A stretch of DNA of 62,433 bases, counting the filler. It is 3 parts of 3 records of this genome, joined end to end, with 100 filler letters (N's around TTAATTAATTAA, not from the genome) between each part and the next. Parts side by side here need not be neighbours in the genome. Positions count along the whole stretch, not along the records: positions 1 to 24,681 come from SRR20825006_1301; 2 more parts are not named here. The stretch is one strand, 5' to 3'. Below the pieces are notes generated by a model. It ran no database searches and was not told the DNA's origin. It was given only the letters and a program-made list of their open reading frames with translations. Position numbers and translations under genes: made by a program. Shown here in pieces: positions 10,437 to 19,794 of the stretch (position 1 is its first letter; each line of letters starts with the position of its first letter).

Positions 10437-10472
10437 AATGAAGCGCGCACCAGCGTTTGCCAGCGCGCGCTT
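10435..10472 (-). terminator. Probable terminator hairpin downstream of the GST gene
   Basis: Minus strand AAGCGCGCGCTGG...CTGGTGCGCGCTT followed by CATTTT. Confidence 0.55.
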
Positions 10473-10492
10473 ATACTCAATAACGCAGAGCT

Positions 10493-11110
10493 TTAGGCCG
10501 CAGCCTTATACTCCACCCCCTCAGCGCCCAACGCTTGCTGGAAGGACGGTAGGGCAGATACCTCTGCCAACATGCGGCGCACATTTTCACCAAGTGGGAT
10601 ATCCACAGGGAAATAGCCGCCCCAGTTGGCGTAAACTGTCAGCATGATATCGGCGATGCTGACCTTGTCACCGGTCACGAACCGGGTTTCCTGGAGTTGT
10701 TTATCAACCAACGACCAAAGCTTGGCAGCCGCACCTGCCGCAGCCTCAAACGCCTTACCCTGTGCCGCATCGCCGTCCAGAGCCCGCGCCACAAAAAAGA
10801 GCTTGCTGTAGGCTGGGTGCACAGTGGCGTTAGCATACAGTAACCACTGCAGCGCGTTTGCCCGCCCCGGTGTGCCAGCCGCAGGCAACAGGTCACTGCC
10901 GTGTTTCTCAACAAGATGAAGCACGATTGCAGCCCCTTCACGGATCAGCATGTCACCGTCCCTGAGCACAGGCACAGCCCCCAGCGGGTTGATGGTGGCA
11001 AAGTCTTCAACATCGCTTTTGTTAATGAGTTCAAACGGCTGGCCCAGTTCTATAAGCAGGGCGTGGATCGCCAGCGAACAGACGCCGGGGGAATAATAAA
11101 GCTGATACAT
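10493..11110 (-). CDS. Glutathione S-transferase (beta-class-like)
   Basis: LYYSPGVCSLA, INPLGAVPVL, EGAAI, SIADI motifs; ATG 11110 after SD GGAG. Confidence 0.92.
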   Translation of the reverse strand: MYQLYYSPGVCSLAIHALLIELGQPFELINKSDVEDFATINPLGAVPVLRDGDMLIREGAAIVLHLVEKHGSDLLPAAGTPGRANALQWLLYANATVHPAYSKLFFVARALDGDAAQGKAFEAAAGAAAKLWSLVDKQLQETRFVTGDKVSIADIMLTVYANWGGYFPVDIPLGENVRRMLAEVSALPSFQQALGAEGVEYKAAA

Positions 11111-11140
11111 ATCTGTCTCCTTTTTCATTTTTAACTAGGT

Positions 11141-12226
11141 TTAAGTGTTTGTGGGTTTGTTGAAAATCTGTGTGACGCCATCCGTGAGCGCACCCATGAC
11201 ATCCGCTGCGCGGCGATATTTAAGGAGCGGTGCGCCCTGCCCTGCGTAAAAAGAAGCAAGCTCAGGTTTACCAGCCTTCAGGGCGGCTTTCTTAAGCGGG
11301 GTGGTGAACCATGCCTGAAGCGGGAACGGCAGGAAGGCTTTCACCCTCTCTACATCCGCCACAAAGCGGTTGGGCAAAAAGCGAGCAAGCCTGCCCGTAT
11401 AAGCGCGGGAAAGAACGGTCTCATCTGCGGCGGTGTCAAAAATCAAATCCCGGTGCTGGTCGGTGGTGTTTGATTCCGCACACGCGAGAAAGGCGGTGCC
11501 AAGCTGCACAGCGTCAGCCCCAAGCGTTAGCGCTGCCGCAACACCGCGTGCATCACCCATGCCGCCAGCAGCAACCACAGGAATGCCCACGGCGTCCCGC
11601 ACCTGTGGCACCAAAGGGAGTGTACCGACGAGGCTCTCTTCCGCTCGTTTGATGAAAGACGGCCGGTGCCCACCCGCTTCAAAGCCCGTGGCCAGCACCA
11701 TATCAACCCCTGCGGCCTCAAGCGCTTTCGCTTCCGCCACGGTTGTGGCCGCACCCAGTGTTTTAATGCCCGCTATCCGGCACCGCGCCAGCACCTCCGC
11801 GCTTGGAATACCAAACACAAAACTGAACACAGCTGGCCTGGCTGCAATCAGCGCCTCAACCTGTGCTTCATATTGCTCCACATGGTCTTTGGGCATGCCC
11901 GGTGCTTGCATGCCAAGCTCGTCATAATAGGGCTGGAAAAACTCTACCGCGCTCTGATAACCGGCCTCATCAAGCCCCTCACCGCCCTCATCAACCACAG
12001 AAACCCAGAGGTTGAGCGCAAACGGCTTATCTGTTGTTGCGCGTATCTGCTGTGTAACGCTGAGGATTTCATCTGCCGAGAGGTTATGCGCCCCAAAGGA
12101 CCCAAGCCCGCCTGCGTTTGAAACCGCCGCCACAAGCTCGGTCGACGAAAAGCCACCACCAAAAGGCCCCTGGATGATGGGATACTGAATGCCGACAGCT
12201 TCGGTAAAGCGTGTTTTCTGCCACAT
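11141..12226 (-). CDS. Nitronate monooxygenase / 2-nitropropane dioxygenase family flavoprotein
   Basis: PIIQGPFGGG, VSNAGGLGS, GFEAGGHR, AAGGMGD, GTAFL motifs. Confidence 0.9.
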   Translation of the reverse strand: MWQKTRFTEAVGIQYPIIQGPFGGGFSSTELVAAVSNAGGLGSFGAHNLSADEILSVTQQIRATTDKPFALNLWVSVVDEGGEGLDEAGYQSAVEFFQPYYDELGMQAPGMPKDHVEQYEAQVEALIAARPAVFSFVFGIPSAEVLARCRIAGIKTLGAATTVAEAKALEAAGVDMVLATGFEAGGHRPSFIKRAEESLVGTLPLVPQVRDAVGIPVVAAGGMGDARGVAAALTLGADAVQLGTAFLACAESNTTDQHRDLIFDTAADETVLSRAYTGRLARFLPNRFVADVERVKAFLPFPLQAWFTTPLKKAALKAGKPELASFYAGQGAPLLKYRRAADVMGALTDGVTQIFNKPTNT

Positions 12227-12318
12227 GGGGCGTGTTCTCCTTCCATAAAGTGAGCAAGCTTTACGGATTGAGATAACCACGGCATACTAAGTTTCAAGAA
12301 GTAACCAGGTATTTATAA

Positions 12319-12353
12319 GTTACCATATGGTAAGTAGGTCACCAGACCGTAAC
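12319..12353. promoter_or_regulatory. Tandem inverted-repeat operator, probably for the adjacent HxlR-family regulator
   Basis: GTTAC-CATATG-GTAAG (contains the perfect 14-bp palindrome TTACCATATGGTAA) and GTCAC-CAGACC-GTAAC in the divergent intergenic region. Confidence 0.55.
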
Positions 12354-12390
12354 TATCTATGAATATTACATTTTTATTGATGTCCGCGAG

Positions 12391-12768
12391 ATGGATATGC
12401 TCACAAGACGCAAAAGCAAGGTGGCCCCACCACCGCATGAATGCCCGCTCAACAGCTGCCTCGCGATCATTGGCGGTGCCTGGACGCCCAACATCATCTT
12501 GCAACTGAGCGAAGGCCCGCGCCGCTTTAGCGAGCTGAAGGATGATATCCCCGGCGTCTCTGCCAAAATGCTCACCACACGGCTGAAAAAGCTTGAGGCG
12601 GATGGCGTCGTAAAGCGCAGGGTGATGCCCACCTCCCCACCAACGGTGGAATATTCGCTGACCGATCTGGGCGCTGAGCTTCAGCCCGCCATTGCCGCCA
12701 TTGTGAGCGTCGGCCACCGGCTGAAAGAACGCAGGCAAAAAAGCACACGCGGGGGCTCGCCGTCTTAG
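12391..12768 (+). CDS. HxlR/DUF24-family winged-helix regulator
   Basis: ECPL...IGGAWT, GPRRFSEL, PPTVEYSLTDLG. Confidence 0.92.
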   Translation: MDMLTRRKSKVAPPPHECPLNSCLAIIGGAWTPNIILQLSEGPRRFSELKDDIPGVSAKMLTTRLKKLEADGVVKRRVMPTSPPTVEYSLTDLGAELQPAIAAIVSVGHRLKERRQKSTRGGSPS

Positions 12769-13370
12769 GCCTGAGTTAAAGCAGGCCACGCCGCGAGGGC
12801 GCAGTGCGCTACCGCGAGAAGGGTCTCTCGTGAAGCACCGTCCCGCGCCGTAAATGTCATACCGTGCTGTACAGACACATAATATGCCGCAATAGCATGC
12901 GTATCCGCTCCCTCACAGATTTCACCCGCTGCCTTTGCCTGCTCAAAACGCTCTTCCAGAAGTGTTATGTTTTGTGCCCGCAGAGCCCTGAGCGCGTCAC
13001 ACACTTTCTGGTTGGCTCCGTTCGGTTGTGGCGCGGCCAAAACAATCATGCACCCTCTGGGATGGTCACTTTGGGTGAAGGCATTCGCGGACGCCACAAG
13101 TACATGACGTACCGCATCAAAAGCTGTTTCAGCTACCGAGAGCATATCCCAGATTCCGCTTCCCTCCTCCTTTGAATAAAGGGAAATCGCCTCTTCAAAA
13201 AGCCCTTCCTTGCTGCCAAACGCTGCATAAAGGCTGGGCGGCTTTAATGCCATGGCGGTAGTCAGATCACTCAACGAAGCACCTTCAAAGCCCTTGGCCC
13301 AGAAAACGTGCATCGCCTTTCTCAGCGCATCCTCGCGATCATACGCGCGCGGCCTTCCTCTCATAGCCAT
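12765..13370 (-). CDS. TetR-family regulator (ComR/BdcR-like)
   Basis: RGRPRAYDR...FWAKGFEGASLSDLT...SLYAAFGSKEGLF, PRGCM. Confidence 0.92.
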   Translation of the reverse strand: MAMRGRPRAYDREDALRKAMHVFWAKGFEGASLSDLTTAMALKPPSLYAAFGSKEGLFEEAISLYSKEEGSGIWDMLSVAETAFDAVRHVLVASANAFTQSDHPRGCMIVLAAPQPNGANQKVCDALRALRAQNITLLEERFEQAKAAGEICEGADTHAIAAYYVSVQHGMTFTARDGASRETLLAVAHCALAAWPALTQA

Positions 13371-13382
13371 CGGCTTCTCCTT

Positions 13383-13460
13383 ATTTTGTATCGATCAATA
13401 AATAAATCACTTGACGGTATGAGACAAGCGGTACATTTATGTATCGATCAATACATAAAT
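13383..13460. promoter_or_regulatory. Two copies of a palindromic TetR-type operator
   Basis: ATTTATGTAT-CGATCA-ATACATAAAT (13435-13460, perfect 10-bp arms) and an imperfect copy at 13383-13407; the core TGTATCGATCAATA is identical in both. Confidence 0.75.
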
Positions 13461-13473
13461 TGAGGATACCCCC

Positions 13474-14214
13474 ATGCAAACTCTCGACAGTAAAGTAGCC
13501 TTTGTAACCGGTGGAAGCCGCGGTATCGGAGCCGCCACCGTGCGGGCTCTTGCCCATCAGGGCGCAAGCGTTGCCTTTACCTTCAACTCGAACGAAACGA
13601 AGGCAAACGCCTTGGTCGCCGAGCTTGAAGAAAATGGCCTGAAAGCTTTGGCCCTGCAGGCAGATAACGCTGAGAACGGCGCTGTCACGTCAGCGGTTGA
13701 GGCAGCGCACGCGGCCTATGGTGCGCTTGACATTGTGGTGAACAACGCTGGCATCTTCGATGTAAAACCCGTTCTGGATTTTACCATGGCTGATTATGAC
13801 CGAACGGCGAACGTTAACATTCGTGCCGTGTATGAAGCCTGCCTCGCTGCTGCACACCTTATGAGTGATAGCGGCCGCATCATCAACATTGGCAGCACGT
13901 TGGCTGTGCGCGCGCCTTTTGAAGGCCTTACCTTATATTCGCTCAGCAAAGCCGCACTTACAGGCCTCACCAAGGCACTTGCCCGCGACCTTGGTCCCCG
14001 AGGCATTACCGTCAACATTGTGCATCCTGGATCAACCAACACCGATATGAACCCAGCAGACGATGAAGCAGCCGCTAGCCAGCTCGATATGATGGCCATT
14101 CGCCGCTTCAGCGATCCGGAAGATGTCGCAGCACTGATCGCGTGGCTCGCAAGCCCGGAGGCGCGTGCTATCACTGGGGCTGAATATACGATCGACCACG
14201 GAGCCAACGCCTAA
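13474..14214 (+). CDS. Short-chain dehydrogenase/reductase (BdcA/FabG-like)
   Basis: TGGSRGIG, NNAG, YSLSK, PGSTNTDMNP. Confidence 0.92.
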   Translation: MQTLDSKVAFVTGGSRGIGAATVRALAHQGASVAFTFNSNETKANALVAELEENGLKALALQADNAENGAVTSAVEAAHAAYGALDIVVNNAGIFDVKPVLDFTMADYDRTANVNIRAVYEACLAAAHLMSDSGRIINIGSTLAVRAPFEGLTLYSLSKAALTGLTKALARDLGPRGITVNIVHPGSTNTDMNPADDEAAASQLDMMAIRRFSDPEDVAALIAWLASPEARAITGAEYTIDHGANA

Positions 14215-14218
14215 TCTG

Positions 14219-15400
14219 ATGGCCAGGCCTGGCATGAAAGTTGGCGTCTCCCCCACAACGCGTCCGACGGTGTTTCCGCTCGCACTTGGTGCGGCGGTCA
14301 TTGTCACAACGGAATTCCTGTTTGTGGGGGCGCTGCCCGCGATAGCAGTCTCCCTACAGATTACAGAAAGTCACGCCAGCATACTCATCTCGCTTTTTGC
14401 GTTATCTGCCGCAATCCTGGGGCCTCTATTAACACTTGTCTGGTCTGATTATAGCCCGACTGTCGTGTTGAAGAGGTGCATGCTGGCACTTATGCTCAGC
14501 CATCTCGCATTGGCTATGGTACCAAACCTCTGGCTCCATGGCGGCATCCGTATATTGCAGGGTGCTCTCCTTACCCCTTTTATCAGCGTCGCCAGTGCAC
14601 TCGCGGCGGAACTAGCGCCACCTAAAGACAAAATTCTCGCTGTGGCTCGTGTTAATCTCGGCACCATCATGGGTATTGTGTTTGTCGTGCCTGCCTTTAT
14701 CGCGCTTGAAGCATACCTTGGGCTTACAGTGCTCTTTCTCCTGCTTGCTGGAGCTTCCCTGCTCACGCATGTTCTGCTGCCTTCCACGCCTGTACCGGCA
14801 TCACAAACCAGCAGCATCGCGAACCAACTGGGTATTCTGAAACAGCCGATGGTATTGCGGCACCTTGCTGCTTCGGCACTCACATTTGCTGTTCTTTTTA
14901 TGCCTTATAGCTTTATCCGGCTGTTCATCAACCACGCGTTTGGTACTGCATTTCTCGGAACGAACGAAACCGTGGCATCGCTGGTTTTACTCCTTTTTGG
15001 CATTGCCGGCATTTGGGGCAACAGCCTGGCAGCTCACCACGTAGAAAAGCACCCAAGGCTTACTACCGGCATCCTTACCACTGCTGTCGCGCTTTGCACC
15101 GCCATGCTCAGCGTCGTAACAAACGGGGCATGGCTGAACCTTTTGTTATTCGCCTTATGGGGTACCGCCCATTCTGGCAGTTTCCTCGCGTGCCAAATCA
15201 GGGTAATGCAAGCCACGCCTCAGGCGCGCGCGTTCGCCCTTTCTCTTAATATCGCCGTATGCAATCTCGGCATCGCTATAGGCGCCTCGGCGGGGAGTAT
15301 AGCACTCTCGCACGGCGGTCTTGGCTTCATATGGCCTGGGTGCATACTCCTGAGTGCCCTGACAATAACCGTGCTGGCTCGAACAAGCCGGCAAGTATAG
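14219..15400 (+). CDS. MFS transporter (DHA1/arabinose-efflux-like)
   Basis: About 12 hydrophobic segments, TTEF...GALP, RILQG, NLGIAIGASAG; exact start uncertain. Confidence 0.85.
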   Translation: MARPGMKVGVSPTTRPTVFPLALGAAVIVTTEFLFVGALPAIAVSLQITESHASILISLFALSAAILGPLLTLVWSDYSPTVVLKRCMLALMLSHLALAMVPNLWLHGGIRILQGALLTPFISVASALAAELAPPKDKILAVARVNLGTIMGIVFVVPAFIALEAYLGLTVLFLLLAGASLLTHVLLPSTPVPASQTSSIANQLGILKQPMVLRHLAASALTFAVLFMPYSFIRLFINHAFGTAFLGTNETVASLVLLLFGIAGIWGNSLAAHHVEKHPRLTTGILTTAVALCTAMLSVVTNGAWLNLLLFALWGTAHSGSFLACQIRVMQATPQARAFALSLNIAVCNLGIAIGASAGSIALSHGGLGFIWPGCILLSALTITVLARTSRQV

Positions 15401-15492
15401 AAAGATATGCGGCGCCCCTACACATTCCCGCCCCAATCCCCACATAAGTCTTGCAATCGATTTATATAACAAGCGACAGATGGGGGAACATC

Positions 15493-16122
15493 ATGAGCGC
15501 GACAGCGAAATTCTGGAACCGTATGGCCAAAGGTTATGCGAAGTCATCCATTGCCGATCAGGCATCCTATGAACACAAATTAGAGCTTACCCGCAGTTAC
15601 TTCACCCCTGAGATGGAGGTGGTTGAGATCGCCTGCGGCACTGGCAGCACAGCCCTTTTGCATGCGCCACACGTGAAACATATCCTCGCCACTGATATCT
15701 CTGAGAACATGCTCGCCATCGCGCGGGAGAAGGCCGGAGCCCAAGGCATCACAAATGTGACGTTTGAATGCTCGCCGATTGACGAGCTGACCGTGCCGGA
15801 TGGCAGCACTGACATGGTGATGGCGCATTCGATCCTGCACCTGTTGCCGGAACCCGAAGCAACAGTTGCCAGTGTGCACAAAATGCTCAAACCCGGCGGT
15901 TTGTTTGTCTCCAGCACCGTATGCCTTCAGGACGGCTTGGGATTCTTCAAATACATCCTGCCTATCGCGCGCCTGGTTGGGTATGCACCGCCACATGTGG
16001 GTTTCCTGAAAGAGGAGGAGCTTGAAAGCATGATCACAAGTGCTGGTTTTACCCTTGAACACAACTGGCGCCCCGGCCCCAAGAAGGCCGTGTTCATCAT
16101 CGCGCGGAAAAGTGAAGCGTGA
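15493..16122 (+). CDS. Class I SAM-dependent methyltransferase
   Basis: EIACGTG, TDISENM, ILHL, LKPGG. Confidence 0.9.
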   Translation: MSATAKFWNRMAKGYAKSSIADQASYEHKLELTRSYFTPEMEVVEIACGTGSTALLHAPHVKHILATDISENMLAIAREKAGAQGITNVTFECSPIDELTVPDGSTDMVMAHSILHLLPEPEATVASVHKMLKPGGLFVSSTVCLQDGLGFFKYILPIARLVGYAPPHVGFLKEEELESMITSAGFTLEHNWRPGPKKAVFIIARKSEA

Positions 16123-16131
16123 TATGTACTG

Positions 16132-16878
16132 GTGTATACGCAATACACCGAACGGGCAGAACCAACTGTGGACGTTGAGGAAAACAGCATAGAGGCACAG
16201 CATCCGGAGATAGTTTCCGCGCAGCAATCTGCCGTGTTGTGCCAAACCTGCGGCTTGTGCTGCAATGGCGCGCTGTTTTCCTTTGTTGCCCTGAAGGAAA
16301 AAGACGTTGAAGCCCTGAAGGGCACACCAATCAAAATCCGCGCAGACAAAGACGGCAAAACCATCTTCAGCCAGCCCTGTGCTGCGCTGTCAGGCACATC
16401 ATGCTCCATTTATGAAACGCGCCCCGGCGCGTGCCGCAGTTATTTATGCTCGCTAACACGCGGTGTTCTGAACGGCAGCAATGACCTTGAAAGCGCGCTC
16501 GGCCATGTCGCAGACATGAAAGCAAGGGGAGCATGGCTTCTGGCAAACGTGCCGCAGGGCATGTTGAAACAACGCGCGCCTGCGCCCGCAAAACAGACGC
16601 CGCTAACGGCCAACACCATCCTCAAGATGTGGCAGGCCCCAAAACCTGAGGCTACCGGCGGCGAAGCTACCGGTAATGAAAGCAACGAACCACTATCGTT
16701 GTGGACACTGCTGAGCCTGCTTCACCCGCGGTTTCTGGCAAAACACCAACAGGTGGGCCTGACCGCGCAAGACAGGGCCTATGTCGCAAACGCCTTTGCC
16801 TATACCAAACGGGTTGACCGCCTGTTTGAAAAAACGCCCCTTCTCAGAAAATATGCGGAGCTGGTTCAACAATTCTAG
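16132..16878 (+). CDS. YkgJ-family (CxxCxxCC) cysteine-cluster protein
   Basis: CQTCGLCC...QPCAAL...CSIYETRPGACRSYLC. Confidence 0.8.
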   Translation: MYTQYTERAEPTVDVEENSIEAQHPEIVSAQQSAVLCQTCGLCCNGALFSFVALKEKDVEALKGTPIKIRADKDGKTIFSQPCAALSGTSCSIYETRPGACRSYLCSLTRGVLNGSNDLESALGHVADMKARGAWLLANVPQGMLKQRAPAPAKQTPLTANTILKMWQAPKPEATGGEATGNESNEPLSLWTLLSLLHPRFLAKHQQVGLTAQDRAYVANAFAYTKRVDRLFEKTPLLRKYAELVQQF

Positions 16879-17153
16879 AAGCTGGCCTGAGAGGACCAGG
16901 CTCGTCATCGCAGAGGGAACTCGGAAGATAACGTGCCCCGGCGTTTCTTTCTTCCTCAAGTAGTTATATCCCTCGATAGCACCCCCAAGAATTTGCATGC
17001 CTACTGTTCCCCGTCAGCGCCTATGGGACAGGTTAGCGGGTTTACTTAAAGGAGGATTTTTGGTTCGGATTTTTTGCATAACCGTCACGAACCAAAAAAA
17101 AACACCTGAGGGCACAATACAATGCCAAACTCACTATACTTCCTCATCACCCT

Positions 17154-18578
17154 TTATTTCTCGGGTAACGCATTCAGTATTTCTGAGAAATGCTTATTGA
17201 CATCGAACTTTTCTCCCCTGTTCGTCCAGCCAAACCGTATCACAACGGCATCTTTCGAGGGAACAATCGCAATATGTTGCCCCGCATACCCTGCGGCCAT
17301 AAACAGGTCCTTGGGTGCATCAACTAACATACGGTCCTCTTCATTATCCAGGCTGCCACGATTATGCCAAAACTGTGCGCCATACATACCTTTTGGAGCC
17401 AGCGGTGTAACTGATCGCGTATAAGCCACCCACTCTCTAGACAAGACCTGCTTGTCACCAACCATGCCTTCGTTCAAAAATAATAGACCAAAACGTGCCC
17501 AATCCTGGGCTGTGGCATAAAAGTATGAACTACCAACATGCGAACCGGACACATCCGGCTCGAACACAGCACTTGTCATGCCCACTGGCTTAAAGAAATG
17601 ATCCCAGGCATAGGTGTGTACGTCTTGCAGAGTGCCCCCTACTGCATCAAACAGGATATGAGACAATATGTTTGTCGTTCCCGATGAATAATACCACTTT
17701 GTATCAGGCGCTGTTTCAGCAGGCTTATTCGCTGCGTATTTCGCCATATATCCTTCACGAAACAACATGTTCGTGCTGTCGTTCCCTGGAATATAGGGCT
17801 CTGTAAACTCAAGCCCACTTGTCATATTCAGCAAACTACGAAGCGTAATTTGACCGCGTGCATCACCTTCTGCAGACCACTCTGAAACCGGTGCCGCTTC
17901 GTCTAGCGCAAGCTTATTCCTGGTTACCATTGTTCCAATCAGCGCACTGGCAACACTTTTGCTGGCTGACCACGCTAAAAACCGGCTTTCTTGATTAAAG
18001 CCTTCAGCATATTTCTCTGCAACAATCTTCCCCTGGTAGACAACGAGGACAGCCCGTGTATCAACGGTCTGATGTTCAGAAGCATCAACAAAAGCCGCAT
18101 CTACAGCAGCATCAAGTTTTTTCCAGTCAACGCCTCTACGGTTCCTGTCCAAAGACACTTCATCGCCTAAAGGCCACTCCTGCGCACGTCGGGGCCTAAA
18201 ATTATCAGCGATTTCTTTTGCTTGCTCAAGCAGTTGGTCCGGGGTGCTGTTATCCAACATAAGTGTGCACCCCACCCCGGGGCGGTACAGGGCAGATCGC
18301 TTTACATCGCCCGCAATTGCCGTGGCTATCTTGGTGTTCTGATCAAAGCCAAACTCAACATCCTTTAACAAGGGATATGCAATGGGCCTCAGATCACGTT
18401 GAACCACATTTTCAGGGGTACGGTTTTGCAGGAACACACCTGAACAGGCCAGTTTCGCACCCGCACCCGCCGCCATTTCCTTAGTAATCGTTGCCATGTC
18501 CTGGTGCTCGTTTGCCTGAGCTTGCAAAGATATGGTTCCAACAGCGGTACATACCGCGAGATACAGATACGATTTCAT
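17154..18578 (-). CDS. Secreted serine hydrolase, beta-lactamase / 6-aminohexanoate-dimer hydrolase family
   Basis: Signal peptide, WSASKS (SxxK), LLNMTSGL, YYSSG, DWARFGLL, GYAGQ. Confidence 0.88.
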   Translation of the reverse strand: MKSYLYLAVCTAVGTISLQAQANEHQDMATITKEMAAGAGAKLACSGVFLQNRTPENVVQRDLRPIAYPLLKDVEFGFDQNTKIATAIAGDVKRSALYRPGVGCTLMLDNSTPDQLLEQAKEIADNFRPRRAQEWPLGDEVSLDRNRRGVDWKKLDAAVDAAFVDASEHQTVDTRAVLVVYQGKIVAEKYAEGFNQESRFLAWSASKSVASALIGTMVTRNKLALDEAAPVSEWSAEGDARGQITLRSLLNMTSGLEFTEPYIPGNDSTNMLFREGYMAKYAANKPAETAPDTKWYYSSGTTNILSHILFDAVGGTLQDVHTYAWDHFFKPVGMTSAVFEPDVSGSHVGSSYFYATAQDWARFGLLFLNEGMVGDKQVLSREWVAYTRSVTPLAPKGMYGAQFWHNRGSLDNEEDRMLVDAPKDLFMAAGYAGQHIAIVPSKDAVVIRFGWTNRGEKFDVNKHFSEILNALPEK

Positions 18579-19651
18579 TATTTAATCCTCTCAAGTAAGG
18601 CTTCTAAATCCCGCACAAACCATTCTGGACGCATGGGATGGGCCGCATGAGGGGTGTTTGGATAGTCCACAAGTGTGATCAGGTCGGGGTGCATATCACG
18701 CAGTTTTTCAAAGGACCCCGTCGCGTCAAACAGGTCCCCTGTTGGGTCAATAATGACCATCGGAACTGACAGATTACGGTATGTGATATAAGGATGAACA
18801 CGGCGCCAGGATTGGTGCAGCAAGGGAAGCCTATGGGTTAGGCCGGGATTAATTGCCGCCTCACCAAAGGCATCGAACATTTTGGCATCATCATGATGCA
18901 TGCCAAACGTACCGTCTTTTTTTTCAACCACAAAGGAATGAAGAGCAACCATTGATAATTTGGGAAATTCACCACCCCATCCCGGAACATATAAGTTCGC
19001 CATAAACTTTATTCCTGCAAAACGGTCTTGAAACACTGGCATTTGCATCGCAGGCATATGCTCCAACATGGCTTTCATCTGCTCGTACATAATTTCTGTC
19101 CGGAGCTGCACAGCATCCGCGCCACCATCTTCCAGAACGATACCGAGCACGCGCTCTGGATAGTTTTCATAAAAGGTGGTCGTCACACCTCCCCCCAGAG
19201 AAAGGCCGCCAATAACCGCTTTTTCAATGCCAAGTTTATCCATCATCGCGGCAATATCATCGGCAATATGCGCGAGGGAAAACTCATAGTTGTCAACTTG
19301 AGTGTGACCGTGGCCGCGATATGAAATGGAATAGACATGATAACCGGCTTCAACAAGCTGGTCAGCGACATTCACCAACTCAAATCCTGTGCTACTGTAT
19401 CCATGTGACCAAATAAGCGGCACACCGCTATCGTCTCCCCACTCCAGATAATGCATTTTGATGCCATTGACCTCAATGAAACGCCCATGCTCTCTATCAA
19501 TATTCAAATACTGTTCATATGCTGCAGCTACACGAGCGCGGTTCTCTGAGGTATCTGGCAAAATATCTTGTGGTGAGTTTGCTTGCGCACCAATGGCAAA
19601 CAAGCTCAAGGCCAATGTTATAATTGGGTGAAAAAGACAGTATTTCATCAT
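18578..19651 (-). CDS. Secreted alpha/beta hydrolase
   Basis: Signal peptide, HG oxyanion motif, RGHG, GLSLGG nucleophile elbow, C-terminal His (PHAAH). Confidence 0.88.
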   Translation of the reverse strand: MMKYCLFHPIITLALSLFAIGAQANSPQDILPDTSENRARVAAAYEQYLNIDREHGRFIEVNGIKMHYLEWGDDSGVPLIWSHGYSSTGFELVNVADQLVEAGYHVYSISYRGHGHTQVDNYEFSLAHIADDIAAMMDKLGIEKAVIGGLSLGGGVTTTFYENYPERVLGIVLEDGGADAVQLRTEIMYEQMKAMLEHMPAMQMPVFQDRFAGIKFMANLYVPGWGGEFPKLSMVALHSFVVEKKDGTFGMHHDDAKMFDAFGEAAINPGLTHRLPLLHQSWRRVHPYITYRNLSVPMVIIDPTGDLFDATGSFEKLRDMHPDLITLVDYPNTPHAAHPMRPEWFVRDLEALLERIK

Positions 19652-19728
19652 GTAAATCCTTACGTAGCCGAATAGAAGCAGGCTGGAACACCTGCTGCCT
19701 TGTGGACAGGAATTTGCTTATGTCTCTT

Positions 19729-19760
19729 CTACAGAAGAGCCTCGACAGGCTCTTCTGTAG
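19729..19760. terminator. Perfect 14-bp hairpin between the receptor and hydrolase genes
   Basis: CTACAGAAGAGCCT-CGAC-AGGCTCTTCTGTAG; no U-tract on the coding strand. Confidence 0.55.
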
Positions 19761-19794
19761 CGGTGATTTTTGTCAGAAGAGGAATAGGTCGGCT

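Noticed and set aside
16880-17150. Integrase, IS end or att site at the left edge of the island
   Set aside because: No tRNA-end copy, terminal inverted repeat or transposase-like ORF could be recognised
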